Origin: the human T2T-CHM13v2.0 reference genome, Homo sapiens
DNA: 64,000 nt
NCBI RefSeq assembly: GCF_009914755.1
Contig: NC_060926.1
Direction: 5' to 3' (one strand)
A program made the translations under genes and the position numbers. The notes below the pieces were generated by a model. It was not told the DNA's origin, did not search any database, and saw nothing but the letters and a program-made list of their open reading frames with translations. Every line of letters starts with the position of its first letter. Within the stretch, counting starts at the first letter, position 1. Below are positions 62,071-64,000 of this stretch, in pieces.

Positions 62071-64000
62071 GAATAAGGATGAAAATCGATCTTAACTGCT
62101 TTCTGCCGACAGAGGGCACTGTTTTGGGAAAACGGCAGTCCGGCAGTCAGAGCTCCCCCAGAGGCCTATTTAGTCGTTCCCTGCAGATGGGGCCATTCTC
62201 TGAGGCTCCAGTTACATGACCATTTGCAGTTTGATGGCCTAAGGGCAAGAACAGACAAACTGGATTATTATAAAACATGTATCAAAATGAAACAAGAGGA
62301 GGTGTAAAGACAGCTCAAAAGTTCTGGGGCCTTTTAAGAGATTGCATGGGGAGAGGGAGGCTAACCTGACCGGAAAGAAACTGTACCCTTTTGCAGGCAT
62401 GCTGAGCTTCTGAGTTCCCTTCCTCGGAGCCCCATCCTAAGCCAAACAGTTTAAGGTTTGGGAAATTAACTCTTTCCAGTTTGGAGAATGCATCTGAGGG
62501 GAGTGTACCCTAGTACAGAGACAAAATTACCTATCAGTGAAGAGAGGACCAAGGAGAAGAAAGGAAAAAAAAGAAGATGTCTTTTAAAGGAGTCCCAGGG
62601 GTTTAGGATGCATTCAGAGGGTACAGACTGAAGATGACTGGCTACCCATCTGGAAAGAGGGAAGCAGGCATCCCTGGTTACCTTCTCTTCCTAGCAGATA
62701 CTCAGGTACATGAGGGAACGAGGGAAAAGCGTCCTCTTTCCCTCTTCCATCCTCACATCCCTGAGTCCTAGCAATCTTGGCAGGCACCACTATGAGTGTC
62801 AAAGCGGCTTGCACCCATGAAGCAGGGGGGGCCTAGAGGTGGGAATCATCTGCTCTTACCCGCATGTGCCCCATCTCCCCTGCTGTCAGTAGCCTTCGGG
62901 TTCCCCAGACCTTATTTATGCCATGGATGCTAATGTGGCCTTTATCCATGAAACAGGAAGCTTGGGCTTGACTTAATTGACAGGAATCAGCTACACTAAA
63001 CTGTGCTGTGCTTTTAATTTCCATTATTGTCTGCCTCTGGATCCCTCAGATCCAGTTTGCTTTCCTAGGGCTCTGACCTGAAGCTTGGAATTGCGTCTAA
63101 AACAAAAATGTGTCTCAGGGGAGTTGCGTGGACTCCTTATCATAAGCCGAATGCTAAGATGCAACTGGGGAACTGAGTTCATCCTCCAACAAGGGAGAGA
63201 AAAAGATGTCTTGTGACACACTCAGATAACTGGTATCTATAGTTATGCTAGCTAGAATTTGGGTGCATGCTGCTTGGCTTTGGATAGCTCCCTTGGTCTT
63301 GCTTTCCCAAAAGGAAACCTCCAACTGATGGACATCCTATTTATTCCCTATTTATTCCATCACCTGACAGGATTTGCAGGATAATTGCTCAGAACTAGAA
63401 TATTGATCCAGATTTCTACATTACCCATCCCTATTGTTCTTTCTGAGCTGCAGCCAGAGATTGCTGGTTGGTTCATAGGAACAAGCAAGGTTAGTGTAAA
63501 AATGTAGGCAAAAACTTAAAAACCACCAATGAGTTTAGAATTTAATGACAAATGTATGATACGTTTTTAAACATAATTTCTCTCTCTCTCTCCAGTCCTC
63601 ACTTTTGTTAAAAGAACCAATTATAATAGGACTGAGTTTTTTGCAAAATAGACTTTAGTCTTATACTTGGCCTGATTATTTGCATAAAGTAGAGCAAGAA
63701 TAATTATTTCTACATAGACCTTTTGGATTGGCTTTGATGAAACTCTGTTCCACGAGGAATCTCAGGTAAGACCTTTTAAAGCCAAACCGAGCCATGGGTC
63801 TATTCTCAAATACCTGTGAGTTCGTTGATGCTCTCCTCTTAAGGTTCCAAGATAAATTTGGAGCTCCTGGACCTGTTAGAAAGCGACATTCTTTACTGAC
63901 CACAGGTCAGGAACCCTGTACAGGGACTCTGTAGATGAGGATATGAGCCCAGTCTCCCCACAGGGCTTTCACTGACTTCCAAGTCAAGATTAACTCCTTA

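Larger units (their letters stand above)
61705..64000 (-). mobile_element. ERV1 internal sequence (MER61-int / MER4-group-like), runs off the window
   Basis: Contiguous with the PPT and LTR; MER4-group-like text (tttagtcttatacttggcctgattatttgcataaagt); no intact gag, pol or env ORF. Confidence 0.75.

Overview
This is AT-rich primate (human or great-ape) nuclear DNA, most likely intergenic or deep intronic. I find no credible host protein-coding exon, RNA gene or CRISPR-like array. Every recognisable protein in the ORF track is a LINE-1 ORF1/ORF2 remnant or a translation of Alu, LTR or simple-repeat sequence. Much of the window is transposable elements: Alus (J/S/Y, FLAM), young and old L1s including one full-length decayed L1PA8A-like copy, L2/MIR, MaLR, ERVL and ERV1 LTRs, and hAT/Tigger DNA-transposon relics, often nested and with readable target-site duplications (TSDs). 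Subfamily names come from my recall of consensus sequences and need RepeatMasker/Dfam confirmation. I see no new enzymatic or gene system. The notable signals are structural: (1) a ~0.8 kb TSD-flanked, poly(A)-tailed retrocopy of a composite non-coding RNA (Alu+MIR+MLT1) with a 102-bp inverted duplication, hidden inside an L2 (40653-41466); (2) a ~750 bp fold-back with unique-sequence inverted arms around a palindromic TA minisatellite (38751-39500); (3) an L1PA3-like insertion with a 5' inversion, a missing 3' terminus and a 49-bp apparent 3' transduction (12608-14024); (4) several local template-switch scars and an Alu-tail (ATTCT)12 repeat.
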